A stretch of DNA of 59,356 nt, counting the filler, from Basidioascus undulatus (lineage: Eukaryota): assembly GCA_000826855.1 (NCBI GenBank). It is 6 parts of 6 records of this genome, joined end to end, with 100 filler letters (N's around TTAATTAATTAA, not from the genome) between each part and the next. Parts side by side here need not be neighbours in the genome. Positions count along the whole stretch, not along the records: positions 18,713 to 27,949 come from JTLS01001275.1; positions 28,050 to 37,284 come from JTLS01001276.1; 4 more parts are not named here. One strand, written 5' to 3'. The translations under genes were made by a program, and so were the position numbers. The notes under the pieces were generated by a model. It saw only the letters and a program-made list of their open reading frames with translations. It did not search any database and was not told where the DNA came from. This document shows, piece by piece, positions 26,513-37,384 of this stretch. How positions within the stretch are numbered: position 1 is the stretch's first letter; each line of letters starts with the position of its first letter.

Positions 26513-26600
26513 GCCGCTAATGGGCAACAAGAGGGGTAGAGTACAGGAGCGAGAAGGACCGCTAATGGGCAACAGGTGGGGATACAGGAGCGGGAAGGGG
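26513..26600 (+). repeat. Imperfect tandem duplication (~45 bp) at the 3' end of the LINE remnant
   Basis: ccgctaatgggcaaca...tacaggagcg.gaagg occurs twice. Confidence 0.75.
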
Positions 26601-26639
26601 CCAGGCCAGCACCAAAACCACGTGGGCGAAAGCTTTACA

Positions 26640-27230
26640 CCAGAAGGAGAAGAATAGACTATGTAGGGATGAGACGGTGTTTGGATGCTTGACGGAGGGT
26701 GGATTCGATGGCGCGGAGGATGGGGATGGCGGTGTGGGGTGCAGCGTTGAGGAGGCGGTCGATGAGGTTGATGCCGGGAATGGTGTGGTCATTGCCGAGG
26801 GTGATTGGGGTGTCGGGGAGCGTGGCAGCGATGGCGGTGTTGACGCAGGCAGTATGGGTTCGGCGGAAGGGGCGACCGCAGAGCAGGTCCGGCCTTGCGC
26901 CGTCTTGCCTCTACGCCAGCGGAGCGCGACGGTGAGGTCGGAGGGAGGAAGGGAGAGGATGGGGTCGACTAGGGAAGGTGTGTGGCGGATGTAGCGGCCG
27001 AGTGTGCCGACATTGGCCTCGGCAGAGAGCCAGTGCCGGCGACGGCTACGGAGGAAGAGCTGGACAAGGGACTTGAGTGCGAGCGGGTCACCACTGACCT
27101 TGGCCCTGAGCGCTGTGCGTGCCTCTTTTGCAAGCGGCAATGCGAGGAGGCGGCGGACAGGCTCGTCTGGGAAGGGGGGTGGGTGTCTCGTCAAACGACG
27201 GATGGGGTTAGTCGGTGCAGCGTGCACAAG
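26640..27230 (-). mobile_element. 3' fragment of a non-LTR (LINE-like) retrotransposon ORF with a C-terminal Cys/His knuckle
   Basis: VDPILSLP..ALRWRRG..TC/(frameshift)CGRPFRRTHTAC...NLIDRLLN, resembling C-termini of fungal non-LTR RT proteins. Confidence 0.55.
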
Positions 27231-27339
27231 ACAGTGCGCATACAGACCCAGAGCAAGGTGCTCTAGGCGCTAGCGAGGGGGAAGCCTGTTAGTGCTGCTG
27301 TGATCTTGGCCTCCTGCAGGTATACCATTGACCAAAGTG

Positions 27340-27844
27340 CTGTGGGTGGGAGGGGGGTCGGGTGCTGAACCTGTACACGCGCATGCAGCTCCTCAAACCT
27401 CAAACAGGCCGCCTTCTCCTGCGCGACTACGGCCGACACGACCTCGCGCAGCTGCGAATGAAGAAGCATCGGCTGCTACCCGAGAACTTCTACTACCGGG
27501 GCGACGGGACGCGTGATCTACTTCTTCGCGCTCCCTCTCAGTCTCACCTTTCTCATTTCCCGTCACGGACACTGACACCTTCGCACTCATTGCCCCTGTG
27601 CAGACGAACTCCGCTCAACATTCACCGGTGCAGACCTGTTCGACGTCGAGGACCTGAGCACCGACCGCCGGCTGCTCGTGAACCGCAAGCTCGAGTTGAA
27701 GATGTATCGCGTGTGGCAACAGGGCGTGCTCCGGAGAAGTGGGATGGCCGTCGAGGAGGTGAAAGGAGGAAGGAGGAGGACGTTATAGGGGAGGGTGAGA
27801 GGCGGGAAGAGGACGATGGGGGGAGGATAGAGCTGACAGGTTGA
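27340..27844 (+). pseudogene. C-terminal fragment of a tRNA m3C methyltransferase (Trm140/METTL2-like)
   Basis: [41 protein letters not shown](+1 frameshift)-[24 protein letters not shown]; no N-terminal SAM-binding half present. Confidence 0.8.
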
Positions 27845-27949
27845 TGCATCTCTTTTCGCACACTAGGCTCGTCCCCGAGGGCTTGCAAGTACAGGTGAGG
27901 AGCATATGCATGACAGAGGTATCATTTCTATCCCACGTCCGGTAAACAA

Positions 27950-28049
27950 NNNNNNNNNNNNNNNNNNNNNNNNNNNNNNNNNNNNNNNNNNNNTTAATTA
28001 ATTAANNNNNNNNNNNNNNNNNNNNNNNNNNNNNNNNNNNNNNNNNNNN
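27950..28049. other. Artificial contig-join spacer
   Basis: N44-TTAATTAATTAA-N44. Confidence 0.99.
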
Positions 28050-28125
28050 TAGTATAGTGGCTAGTATATCCGCTTGTCATTCAACCTGACCGCGGGCGAC
28101 CCGGGTTCAATTCCCGGCCAGAGAG
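28050..28125 (+). tRNA. tRNA-Asp(GTC) with ~11-nt intron; 5' acceptor strand lost at contig start
   Basis: TAGTATAGTGGCTAGTATATCCGCTT-GTC-A[ttcaacctgac]CGCGGGCGACCCGGGTTCAATTCCCGGCCAGAGAG followed by TTTTT. Confidence 0.88.
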
Positions 28126-29087
28126 CATCTTTTTACTTGTCTTTTTTCACTCGACAAGTGCTCGATGCCTTACCACGATGTTTCGGCTGTGTCTTCGCAT
28201 GTGTCGGGAACGCTAGAGGCCTCGTGGTGTGGGGACGCACTTCTCCGAATGCCTAACCTTACCCAAGCCGCTGTTCACGGCTGCGCCTGGCTTAACAAGC
28301 AACAGCTGAGCGGCCTCTTTGAGATTCGTGACTGACGCACCTGCGCTGCGCCAAATCATCCTAAGATTCAATGTGGACACGGCGCTCCGTGACTACAACA
28401 AGACTTCTCGGAGATCGTGACTAGTGCGTTACCTAAGGTCGTCTAAGCCAATGTAGTTGTCATCGCACATACTAAGCTGAAAGAAGGCTGACGTTTCCTC
28501 GATTGCATCGTTGATGGAACACTGTGGGAGCTGAAGGAGTAGGTGGACGTGGAGTTCTCTTTCGAACGCTTTTGACTGTTCCCTTCGTTCTATAGCGCTG
28601 CTTGAATGTACCCAATGCAGACCGTAGCCTGTAGGGCTGGACTGCTGACCCGTCGCTGCACCGCACAGCCGTTTCCGCGCTTCACCCAAATCGAGAGTAC
28701 TTCCAGGCTCGACGTGCTCAATCTGCATCTGTTTCATGATTTTCGCATTCAAGAGATCCACATCAACAACACTGTTTCAGTCTTCGTGTGAAGTGTACTA
28801 TCACGTGTAAGACGCCTTCCACCGCTGATCCGCTGATCCCGTCCGCGTGGTCCTGTCATCTTCCATCCACCGCCGTTATCTCCGCCCGATTCGACGCCAT
28901 GCCCAACGACGAGCACGCATCTTCCCTCGAAATTCTCATCAAGCTTTTCACCTTCTCGCCACTCAAACCCCCTCGGACAAGCTCCCTTGACCACTGACAT
29001 CCTCGTACACTCGATCGATGTCAATCATCCTCTCATCATCTTCCTCGTTCTCGAATTCCGCATCCTCCACCACACCACCTTCCAGCG

Positions 29088-30572
29088 TGCCGCCCACCCC
29101 ACCTCGCTCAAGCGTCCCTCTTCCGAAAATTCTTATCCTCGGCCCGCTCTCCTCTTCTGCGAACGTCCAGTCCCTCCTCGGCGCCCTGCGCAGACTCTGC
29201 GAGCCACACACCGTCCCCTTCGGTCCCACGCGCGCCGACACAGCGCGCAACATCGCGCATGCGGTGGAGGAGGAGGGCCCATTCCTTGCGTGCTTGCTGA
29301 GCGCTGCTCGGAGCATATCGCACAGCTTGTCCCGACGGACGCGGAGCTGCTGGGCCCGCTGAAGCCGGCGTGCCGGTTCTTTACGGGGCCAGGAGCGGGT
29401 GCGTTGAGGTTCCTGAGGGAAAGGGCTGAACGAATGAGAACTGATGGTAGGCGGGGGCACAGGTTACGACAAGTTTGATTGTGCTTGGGCGGAATCTTTC
29501 GGGGCGTCGTATGCGAACTCGCCCTCAGCAGTCGTGCGTCTTCCTTGCCCTCGCCCCCGCTCCCGCTCCCTTCGCGCCTTCTTCCCCCTTCCCTTTGACG
29601 CCTCCCTACCCTCTTCAGACGGAACCAACAGCCACCGCCACTGTCCTCCTCATCCTCTCTATCCTGCGAAACCACGTCCCGAACGATGCTGCTGTCCGCG
29701 CGGGGTACTGGAAGGAAGGCGAGGTGCTCGGCCGCGAGCCGCGCGGACTTGTGCTTGGGCTGGTTGGATTCGGGGCGATCGCGTGGGTGCGTGTGGATTG
29801 CGAAGTAGGGGGTGGAAAGTGGGCAGGAGGCTGATTGCGTTGTGGGCGGAGCAGGTAGTTGCGGAACGCTTGGCAGTGTTCGGGATGGAGGTACATTACC
29901 ACTCTCGCCGGAAAGTTCCTGGGACGGGTGCGCTGCTCCACCCTTTTCTTCTTTCAGCCGTCTCACTCTTCCTCTCCATATCATCTTCCTTCCTAGACGT
30001 CCTCAACTACATGTATCACCCAACGCTCTCCTCTCTGCTCTCCCAGACAGACGTCCTTTCCCTCCACTGCCCCCTCACGCCCTCAACGCACCACCTTATC
30101 GGAGCCCCCGAGCTCGTGCAGCTCAAGCCGGGCAGTTTCGTGGTCAACACCAGTCGGGGGGGCGGTAGGTCTATCCTTTCTCTTTCCCGCCTTTCCTGCC
30201 TTACGCATTGCGTCGCTTACTCTTGCGCGAGCAGTGCTGGATGAGCAAGCGCTCCTCGAAGCGCTGGATACGGTGCACATCGCGCGAGCCGGTCCGCCTT
30301 TCCCCCACCGCCTCCCCACATCTCCACTCACCCTTTCTCTTCTCCCAGGGCTCGACGTCTACCCCACCGAGCCTCCGCTCCACCCCTCCCCCCTCCTCTC
30401 CCACCCGCGCATCACCCACTCCCCACACTCAGGCGCGTCCGTCGAGGGCCTGGCAGCGGCGATGGATGCGGAGATGCTGGGGAACGTGAAGGAGTTCTTG
30501 GAGCTTGATCGGAAGGACAATTTGTTGGGTCCTGTGAGGAATATCGTTGCGGGCCCGTTGAGGGAGGGTTGA
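29088..30572 (+). CDS. D-isomer-specific 2-hydroxyacid dehydrogenase (glyoxylate reductase-like)
   Basis: GA|GYDKFD, YANSPSAV|TEPTA, LGLVGFGAIA (NAD-binding), DVLSLHCPLTPSTHHLIG, VVNTSRG, GLDVYPTEP, SPHSG; several introns; start codon uncertain. Confidence 0.88.
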
Positions 30573-31371
30573 GGCGGGCGGGAGGGGCGCAGGGGAGTTG
30601 GTGTAGAGGTTGCTGGATTTGGAGTTTTTTTTGCGTGCTTGGAGAGCGTTTTCGCATTATTGCTGTTTCTTCCTTCTCAGATTTGGGACGGATGGTAACA
30701 TCGATGTTTTCCAGATCCCAGAGTGCCAGCAGCTGGGCATCCGGCGTGACCCCGCCCCTCGATCATCTTCTCGAACTTTCCTCGACCCTTCCTTTCTGAA
30801 TAACGTCTTGTGCAATAAAACCTTTGTTACCTCCGCGGGGCCGGACGCTTTACGAATGTGCAGCCGCCGGGAGGCCGCCGCATGTGACGCGCTGTCTTCC
30901 TGCGTGGCACAGCCGCGATAGCCGCGGTGATGTATACTACGCGTCTGAAAATGGAGCTCGCATTCATGTCTTGCTCTAGCACTCAGCACGTACTTCAGCC
31001 AGAGTTCTGTTACGGAATAGCATCTTGCGGCGACGATGGTGACTGCAATACAAGTTCACACTCCGAGGGCAGAACCTCACCCACCACAGGCCGAGGGAGA
31101 GCCTTCAAGCTTGTCGAGCATCTCGTTCCCCTCCGCGCCGTGTTCTTCCGGAAGGGTTCCGGAAGGGCGACAGCTTTCTCCCTCAACGACCTGGGTGCGA
31201 GTGCGGGTGGAGGACCCGATGAGCCAGTCGACCGAGGCGTGCTCATGAGCGGGCGCGCGGAGTTTATCGCACTTGCTACGTGCTGCACGACCGGGTTCAT
31301 GGCCGGTTGGGTCAGTCGCTTCGACTCTTCTTTAAGCACGAGGTAAGCTTAACCATTTTTTTGTTTCCAAA

Positions 31372-32055
31372 ACAGAGCGACGCCAGTACCGGACCTATTC
31401 TTCCGAGACTGCAGGATGTTTACGATGTACGATGTGCGTCGCGGCAGTAGCGTTGACGTCCACGAAGATACTGATTTCACTCCCCCCCCTTCTTCTCCCT
31501 TGCCGTACAGCTGTCAATTGTTGTAGTTTCAATTCTCTTCATCTCCAACTTTATCGGTGTGGGCTCTGCCTGACTCGAGAGCTAGCCAGTCAGTCAAAGC
31601 TGACTCGCAGCACGTTGCCAGGCTTCCTCATCGCTGCGCTCTGCAACGTCTGGCTAACTGACCGGTTCGGATTCGGCAAAGTGCGCAATAACTTGCCTGG
31701 TTCTGATTTATCGCACCTTTGATAACCCTCGACTCATGCACATGCGCAGGTCATAGTGGCCGCCTGCGCGATGCAGCTCCTCTCTTACAGCCTCATGTGC
31801 TGGGCGCCGCCCTTCGCGCTTCTCTCCTCGGCTACGCCCTAAACGGTTCTCGATCGGCCTCCAGGACGCACAGTCAAACACGTTTCTTTCCGGCCTCCCA
31901 AACGCGCCGACAAAACTCGGCTGGCTACACGCCATCTACGGTGCGCCTTTCCTTGCTCATACGCGCCCTCTTGCTCTTGTCTGGCACACGAGTTGGGGCG
32001 TTCTGTGCCCCACGTGCGGCCACCCACTTTGCGCATATGTCGCGCTGGTCGTCAG
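31372..32055 (+). pseudogene. Decayed N-terminal half of an MFS transporter (FucP/Bsc6-like)
   Basis: SDASTGPILPRLQ, GFLIAALCNVWLTDRFGFGK, IGLQDAQSNTF..LGWLHAIYG|VGAFCAP; frameshifts; broken off at ~32055. Confidence 0.7.
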
Positions 32056-32400
32056 GACCTTGAGCTCAGCCATGTGAGCAATGGTCTTGTCCTTGGCCGC
32101 GAGCTGCTTCAGGAGCATCTGCCACTCGCTGTGGTCTGGTCGGGTGGCCAACTCTGCTTGGAGTAAGAAGCAGTGTCCCCTGAGGGACTGGTTCTGCTCA
32201 GAGAAGGCTTTTATGTTCTCCAGCGGGTGCAGGCTGCGACTAGGGTGGTCAGGTCGGCTGGAGTCGAGAGAGGGTGGGTAGTGGGGGTGGGAGTGGTGCG
32301 ATTCGGAAGCGGAGGTGATTGAGCGGGAGCGTAAGGGGAAAGTCGGGGTTTTGACGACGATGAGCGCTGGTTATCTGAGGGGCGTTGGGAAACATGGTTC
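32055..32400 (-). mobile_element. Possible retroelement gag/ORF1 coiled-coil fragment
   Basis: Pro/Thr-rich run then frameshifted ENIKAFSEQNQSLRGHCFLLQAELATRPDHSEWQMLLKQLAAKDKTIAHMAELK; no diagnostic motif. Confidence 0.3.
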
Positions 32401-32957
32401 TGCGTGGTGGGGTAACGACCCGTGTCGTATAGAGCGACCAGTGACCTCAGGTTTGTCCTGAAACAGGAAATTCGATGCGCCAGCGGCCTTATATGTACAT
32501 TTCTCGGTTTGTCTTTTCCGCCACCCTCAGTTACCTGAAGAGGCTTTCCATCGCTCGCCACTTGTGCATGAAGGCGGGCGGTAAGCCATCTGAGGAAGGG
32601 GTCTCGGCCTTCAGGACGTCCATGGAAGTGCCTATTGTTTTCCTCCCTGTATAAGTCTATCCCATAGCGGCTAAGATCCAGACCCGGCGTGTAGCAGGGC
32701 TGCATTTTCCCCGCAATGCATCGCAACACTCGGCGCTTCACAACCGGCCTGTGCTGCGTTTCCTATCCATCGCTCTCAACCAACCGGGCCGATTTCAGAA
32801 CCAGTGAGTGAGAAGTCAATGACCCGGTTCCCAGCACCTTTGTACAACGCTCACTTCGATTCAAACTGAACCTGCCCTCGACGCCTGCATGGCACCCTAT
32901 GACGCCTTCGACTGTACAAGCATTGGCCCGGGACAGCCTCACCTTCCTACCTGTACA

Positions 32958-33845
32958 TCATATCGCAGCCCGCACCAAGCCCGCACGCACCCAAATACCG
33001 TCGTACAGGGCGCATGCTCGGGCAGTCCCCGCGACCGAGGTCGCGTCGTACAGTGACGGGGCTCCGTGAGGGTGTGAGGGTCGTGGGTTCTCGCACGCCT
33101 CCCTCCCTGAGCACATCTCAAAGTACTGGCCGAGGGTCACCCGGTTGAGCACAGCAGAGGTGGACATTACCATGTCAAACCTCACGGGCTGCTCATTGTC
33201 GTCCACTGTGAAGGGCATATCGTGTTCTGGCCATATCCGAAGCACACCCTTCTGTCCGTGAGGGGTGGAGATCTTGTCGCCAGTGACCGGAAGCCCATAC
33301 CTCTCCACCTCTACCCTCACGTCACCTGCGGCCGTTGTGGACTTTGAGACTACAATGCCGTCGCACTCCTCCAGCGACACAGTGTCCTCCCCTACGTGTC
33401 TCACTAGCGATGACCTCTGCTCACGTCTGCGAGGGTAGCACTTCCACCACGGGTGCTCGGTCATGCGTACCCTTCCCCCTACCTCGGGACACGGCTCACT
33501 TGCCATGAGGATGTGGGTACTTCGTGAAGTGTACGAGAAGAGGCCTCTGTCTATGGCTGCCTGGGAGACCATGACCGCGTCCTCGTAGTTGTCGCCGTAG
33601 CTCGCCAGACACATGACGAGGTCCTCCCCCGGTGGGCACTGCACCAGGCCTATCTCTGGGTCGTCAGGCATATCCTTCATCAGCTTCTCGCCCATCGTCG
33701 TGTAGGTGAGCGGCTTGGACACATGAACCGGAGCTATGAGGGAGGATGCCACCTGGTGAGGAGCACACACCGCCTGGGGGCCCTGCACCGCTGCAAGTAA
33801 AGTCCTAGGGGGTCTGTCTGAAGTGAGGAACGGAATGAGGCTGAA
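32958..33845 (-). CDS. Highly divergent two-barrel RNA polymerase second-largest (RPB2/beta) subunit fragment, intronless; probably of viral or mobile-element origin
   Basis: Frame open from the stop at 33846-33848: SLIPFLTSDRPPRTLLAAVQGPQAV (~[26 protein letters not shown]), PGEDLVMCLASYGDNYEDAVMVSQAAIDRGLF (~GYNQEDS..NQSSIDRGLF), GDKISTPHGQKGV (~GDKFASRHGQKG), HDMPFT, DMVMSTSAVLNRVTLGQYFE (~DLIINPHAIPSRMT), LYDG. Confidence 0.9.
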   Translation of the reverse strand, partial: FSLIPFLTSDRPPRTLLAAVQGPQAVCAPHQVASSLIAPVHVSKPLTYTTMGEKLMKDMPDDPEIGLVQCPPGEDLVMCLASYGDNYEDAVMVSQAAIDRGLFSYTSRSTHILMASEPCPEVGGRVRMTEHPWWKCYPRRREQRSSLVRHVGEDTVSLEECDGIVVSKSTTAAGDVRVEVERYGLPVTGDKISTPHGQKGVLRIWPEHDMPFTVDDNEQPVRFDMVMSTSAVLNRVTLGQYFEMCSGREACENPRPSHPHGAPSLYDATSVAGTARACALYDGIWVRAGLVRAAI

Positions 33846-34719
33846 TCAAGGGGAGGAGATTTTTGGTGATTATTCCTCAGGTCTTGGTGGAATCCACGGT
33901 TTTGACCCTCCAAATTCGAGAACGTTGGTGAAGTCTGGGTTGAGACGGACGGGGTGGAGGGGTGAGGAACCGACCGACGGCCTCGACGGGAACAATGTAC
34001 GATGGGGAGATTGAAAATGACTTTATAGTGATTCTCTAGGATGGCATGGCAAGAGTGTCAATCTGGCTAGCGGGCTCTATTAGTTTGATAGGCGCACCAA
34101 GCTGTAGGAGCTAGAGGGTTCGTGGAACATAGAAGCTTGCGCTGAGTGCGATGATATGATTGCTTTGTGAGGTCCTGCTGCAGTTGTACTCCCATCTACT
34201 CTGCATTCTAGGCTTCCGTTCAGGCCCAGTGCATTCCGAGGAAGGGTAGTCAGTGGGGAACCGAACGTCAGTCCACGCCTAGCGATGGGTGTGCTCTCCT
34301 CCTCTACCAAAGTTATAGCATCTGAAGTGCTCAATAGGCTGTAATATTCATTTCCACTCTGATTTATTCACCTTTTTACCACCTCACAGCTTGCACGGAC
34401 TGCAAGGGTGCATGCGTCCTGGCGCTGCCGCCGAATGGCCCCCACCTTCCTGCGAAGGTGTTGCTACACAACAACTAATCTAAACTGATACGATACAGCT
34501 CATAGGAGCAAAGATATATGAGAAAATGAGGTAGCTAAGAGAAAATGAAGGAGGGAGTTTGTGTCATCTTTTGACCGACTGCATCCGCATCCGATCGTCT
34601 TCTGATTGTCAACGGTCCTCATTGGAATCAGCGTCTTCTCTCCTCTTCATCCCTTTAATCTACCACACATGATTTCTTGGGTATTGGGCACTCTCCCGCA
34701 CATGCTCTCCTGCCTATTG

Positions 34720-35300
34720 ATGAGCAGGGTGTCTTCCGGAACCGGAAGTACCGCCAACCCCCATGCCCCGCGGCCGAAGGACGACGAACACCTTTCTCCC
34801 GACCCCTTCGAGGAGGAGCTGGCCGCACATCAAGCCGTCATGAAGCACTTGCAAGTCCTTCTAGAGTGCGCGGCGGCTGAGGAAAAGCGGTGGACCCGCT
34901 GAAGGCGGAGAACAAGCTCGAGGCAGAGAGGCAGGCGCAGCGGAGGACCAGAAGCTCGCTGCGGAATACACCAAAGTAGCCGCGCAGTAGGGTCGGATGC
35001 CTGATGAGTAAACGCCCTGACGCCGCGCCAGCGGGAGCGGACGCAGGTCCGCGAGGTCGAGGCGGTCTCCATGGCTAGGAGACCGCAGATCCACCTGGCG
35101 GAAAGGCTGCGGGGGAACTGGAGCGCGCGACGTCCAATCTCGAGGAGACTGGAAGAGCTCGGCAGAAGGACGCGTGAGATTGAGGAAGAGCGGCGCGTCC
35201 TCGAGGACGAGGGGCAGGCCCGTGAGAGGACGGAGCGCATTGCGGACAAGGGGGTGAAGGACTTTATCGATGAATACGGAAGGTTGCGCGAAAGAGCCAA
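34720..35300 (+). pseudogene. Decayed coiled-coil gene, copy 1
   Basis: EELAAHQAVMKHLQVLLECAAAEEKR, then stops/frameshifts, then LEELGRRTREIEEERRVLEDE; DNA similar to 36975-37140. Confidence 0.55.
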
Positions 35301-35436
35301 GGTAGGTGTTCGCTGTTCGTTCAGAATCCAAAGCAGACCAATGCCTGCTGAAAACCGCTTCGAAACAGGCGTGGCAACCCAGCCGACTGCTGCAAGCTGA
35401 CCCTTCAACGTGGTCGCTTAGCTAAATGGGGTTTCT

Positions 35437-36189
35437 GTGGACTCAAAGAACCTGTGCAGGAAAAGACATTTGTGTGCATCGAAAGAATGTGGACAGCGCC
35501 TCGCGTTGTTACTCGGGGTGCGAGATGCGCCCTATTGGGCGCCCTTACTTTGTGGGTGGCGTGGTGGGGAGAGTGCACAACTGGGGGGTTGTGCGGACAT
35601 GGATGCACTTGGAAAACTCGAAGCGTGGGCGCACCCGGACGTCGCACTTATCCCACTAGGGTCACGTCTCACGGCAGGGACTGGCAAGTCAGTGGTGGTC
35701 ACGTACGACCCCTTGCTGGTGAACTCGAGCAGCGACGTGGCCGCCTTCGACAGTGTTGTGGCAGCGAAGTGGCACGCGAGTGCACTGCTGCCTCCAGGGA
35801 TGACTCCGGGCGAGCTTTGCAGGCTCGTCCTCGCCTGCGGTGGCTACTCGTTGAGGTCCTCCAACTTCCCTAAGGTCGAAGATTCCGTAATAGTGGCCGC
35901 ATGGAGGAAGATAGGCACACTCAGTAAGGTGCTGGCGACCCATGGCCAGTGGATCGAGACGAGTGCCCAGCTCCGTACCGAAACCGGCTTCATGCAGTCG
36001 TTAGGCATCGACGCAGCCCCTTGGTTCCCGGACGCGCCCCTCCTCGCCCGGGATCTAGACTGGCCCGCGGAGGAGATTTTGAAGAACGACGCCCCAATGA
36101 CGGCACACGGGGGAGGGGTATCATATACGCACATGGGGGGGTTAATGAAACTGCAGTCCCTGAAGGACGAGTCAAGTATCGATGTCTAA
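35437..36189 (+). CDS. Orphan intronless ORF (~250 aa), possibly viral
   Basis: Stop-free, globular-looking ORF with no introns, unlike host genes here; converges on another intronless ORF ~90 nt away. Confidence 0.5.
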   Translation: MDSKNLCRKRHLCASKECGQRLALLLGVRDAPYWAPLLCGWRGGESAQLGGCADMDALGKLEAWAHPDVALIPLGSRLTAGTGKSVVVTYDPLLVNSSSDVAAFDSVVAAKWHASALLPPGMTPGELCRLVLACGGYSLRSSNFPKVEDSVIVAAWRKIGTLSKVLATHGQWIETSAQLRTETGFMQSLGIDAAPWFPDAPLLARDLDWPAEEILKNDAPMTAHGGGVSYTHMGGLMKLQSLKDESSIDV

Positions 36190-36275
36190 AACTGGCAGGC
36201 TCCCCACAAACGCCCCGCTTCCCTGGCTCGAGAGCGCGGCCCGTATTGCAGATGCGAGGGCGGAGTATAACTCCG

Positions 36276-36550
36276 TCATTCCCGAGGGCTTGCCGTTAAA
36301 CTGGAGGTTCCTGATCGGCGACATCCCGAGGTAACTGTAGTCCGCGTCACCTTGCGAGATCTGACGAGGTGCCAGCCCCTCTTGCTAGCCGACTGTGTGT
36401 CGAACGTGTACCCTGCGGGTAGGTAGCGTGCGAGGATCTTAAGGCTGTCTATCCCAAGGTAGCAGAGAACTGGATCGTATCCCTCGTACAGGAGCCAGAA
36501 GGTAAGCTTGGAGCCCCTTATGTTGAGGAACATTACGGTGTCACTCGGGT
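36276..36550 (-). CDS. Orphan ORF fragment (5'-truncated), possibly viral
   Basis: MFLNIRGSKLTFWLLYEGYDPVLCYLGIDSLKILARYLPAGYTFDTQSASKRGWHL; intronless, convergent with 35437-36189. Confidence 0.4.
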
Positions 36551-36899
36551 GGCCCGTTGTCAGCCCACGGTCTGTACAATCTCCGGGGACAGCCCTCCGC
36601 CCGTTCTTCCGGCGTTGCTGCTACACATCAGTCAGTCCAAACTGATGCCCAGCTCCGTCTCTTGACCTACGAACTGAGAGAAGAAGGTGGCATAGCGCAC
36701 AGTGACCATGGGCTCCTGTCATTTGTGGATTGTTTGTATTTGAAGTTGGACCCGCATCCGCTCGCCTTCCGACTCCCAACGATGATACCAGCATCTTCTC
36801 TCCCTTCCATACCAACCACTGCCTCACATGCTTTCCTACATACTAGGAACCCTCGCGCACATGCTGTCCTGCTGGCTGTTGAGCTGTATGTCACCTGGA

Positions 36900-37284
36900 C
36901 TTGGAAACACTGAAGAAATCTGCGCAGAGAGTTGAATCGAAGCGCTGCAGCGTAGGTGCCCCTGCCCCCCCCCAGGAGGCGCTGGCCGAGCCAGAAGCCG
37001 CTGTTACGCAGGCCTACATCCTTCTAAAATGCGCGGAGGCAGAACAAAAGCTGTCGAACGGAACTCGGCACGCTGTGGGAGCTCGCGGCCGAGCGGCAGG
37101 CGCTCGCGGCTGAGGACCAGCAGCTCGCGGGTGAGTACCGCAGGTTAGCTGTGACGCCGCTGTGCGCGGCATCTGGACACGTTCGACTCCGAAGAGCAGC
37201 TGCTCGAAAAAGACGAGCATCGTGACGTGCCGAGCCTCCTGAAAAAGAAAAGGTGGGCTTAAGGGTGAGCAGCCGGAACTTTGT
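36900..37284 (+). pseudogene. Decayed coiled-coil gene, copy 2
   Basis: EALAEPEAAVTQAYILLKCAEAEQKL, frameshift, ELAAERQALAAEDQQLAGEY; paralogous to copy 1. Confidence 0.55.
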
Positions 37285-37384
37285 NNNNNNNNNNNNNNNN
37301 NNNNNNNNNNNNNNNNNNNNNNNNNNNNTTAATTAATTAANNNNNNNNNNNNNNNNNNNNNNNNNNNNNNNNNNNNNNNNNNNN
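37285..37384. other. Artificial contig-join spacer
   Basis: N44-TTAATTAATTAA-N44. Confidence 0.99.

Noticed and set aside
33846..34334. ORF 34080-34334 (..HEPSSSYSLV) as an upstream exon of the RNAP fragment
   Set aside because: It resembles EIHPSMILGV only weakly, and the GTGCGC donor and TTCAG acceptor are out of phase; not supportable
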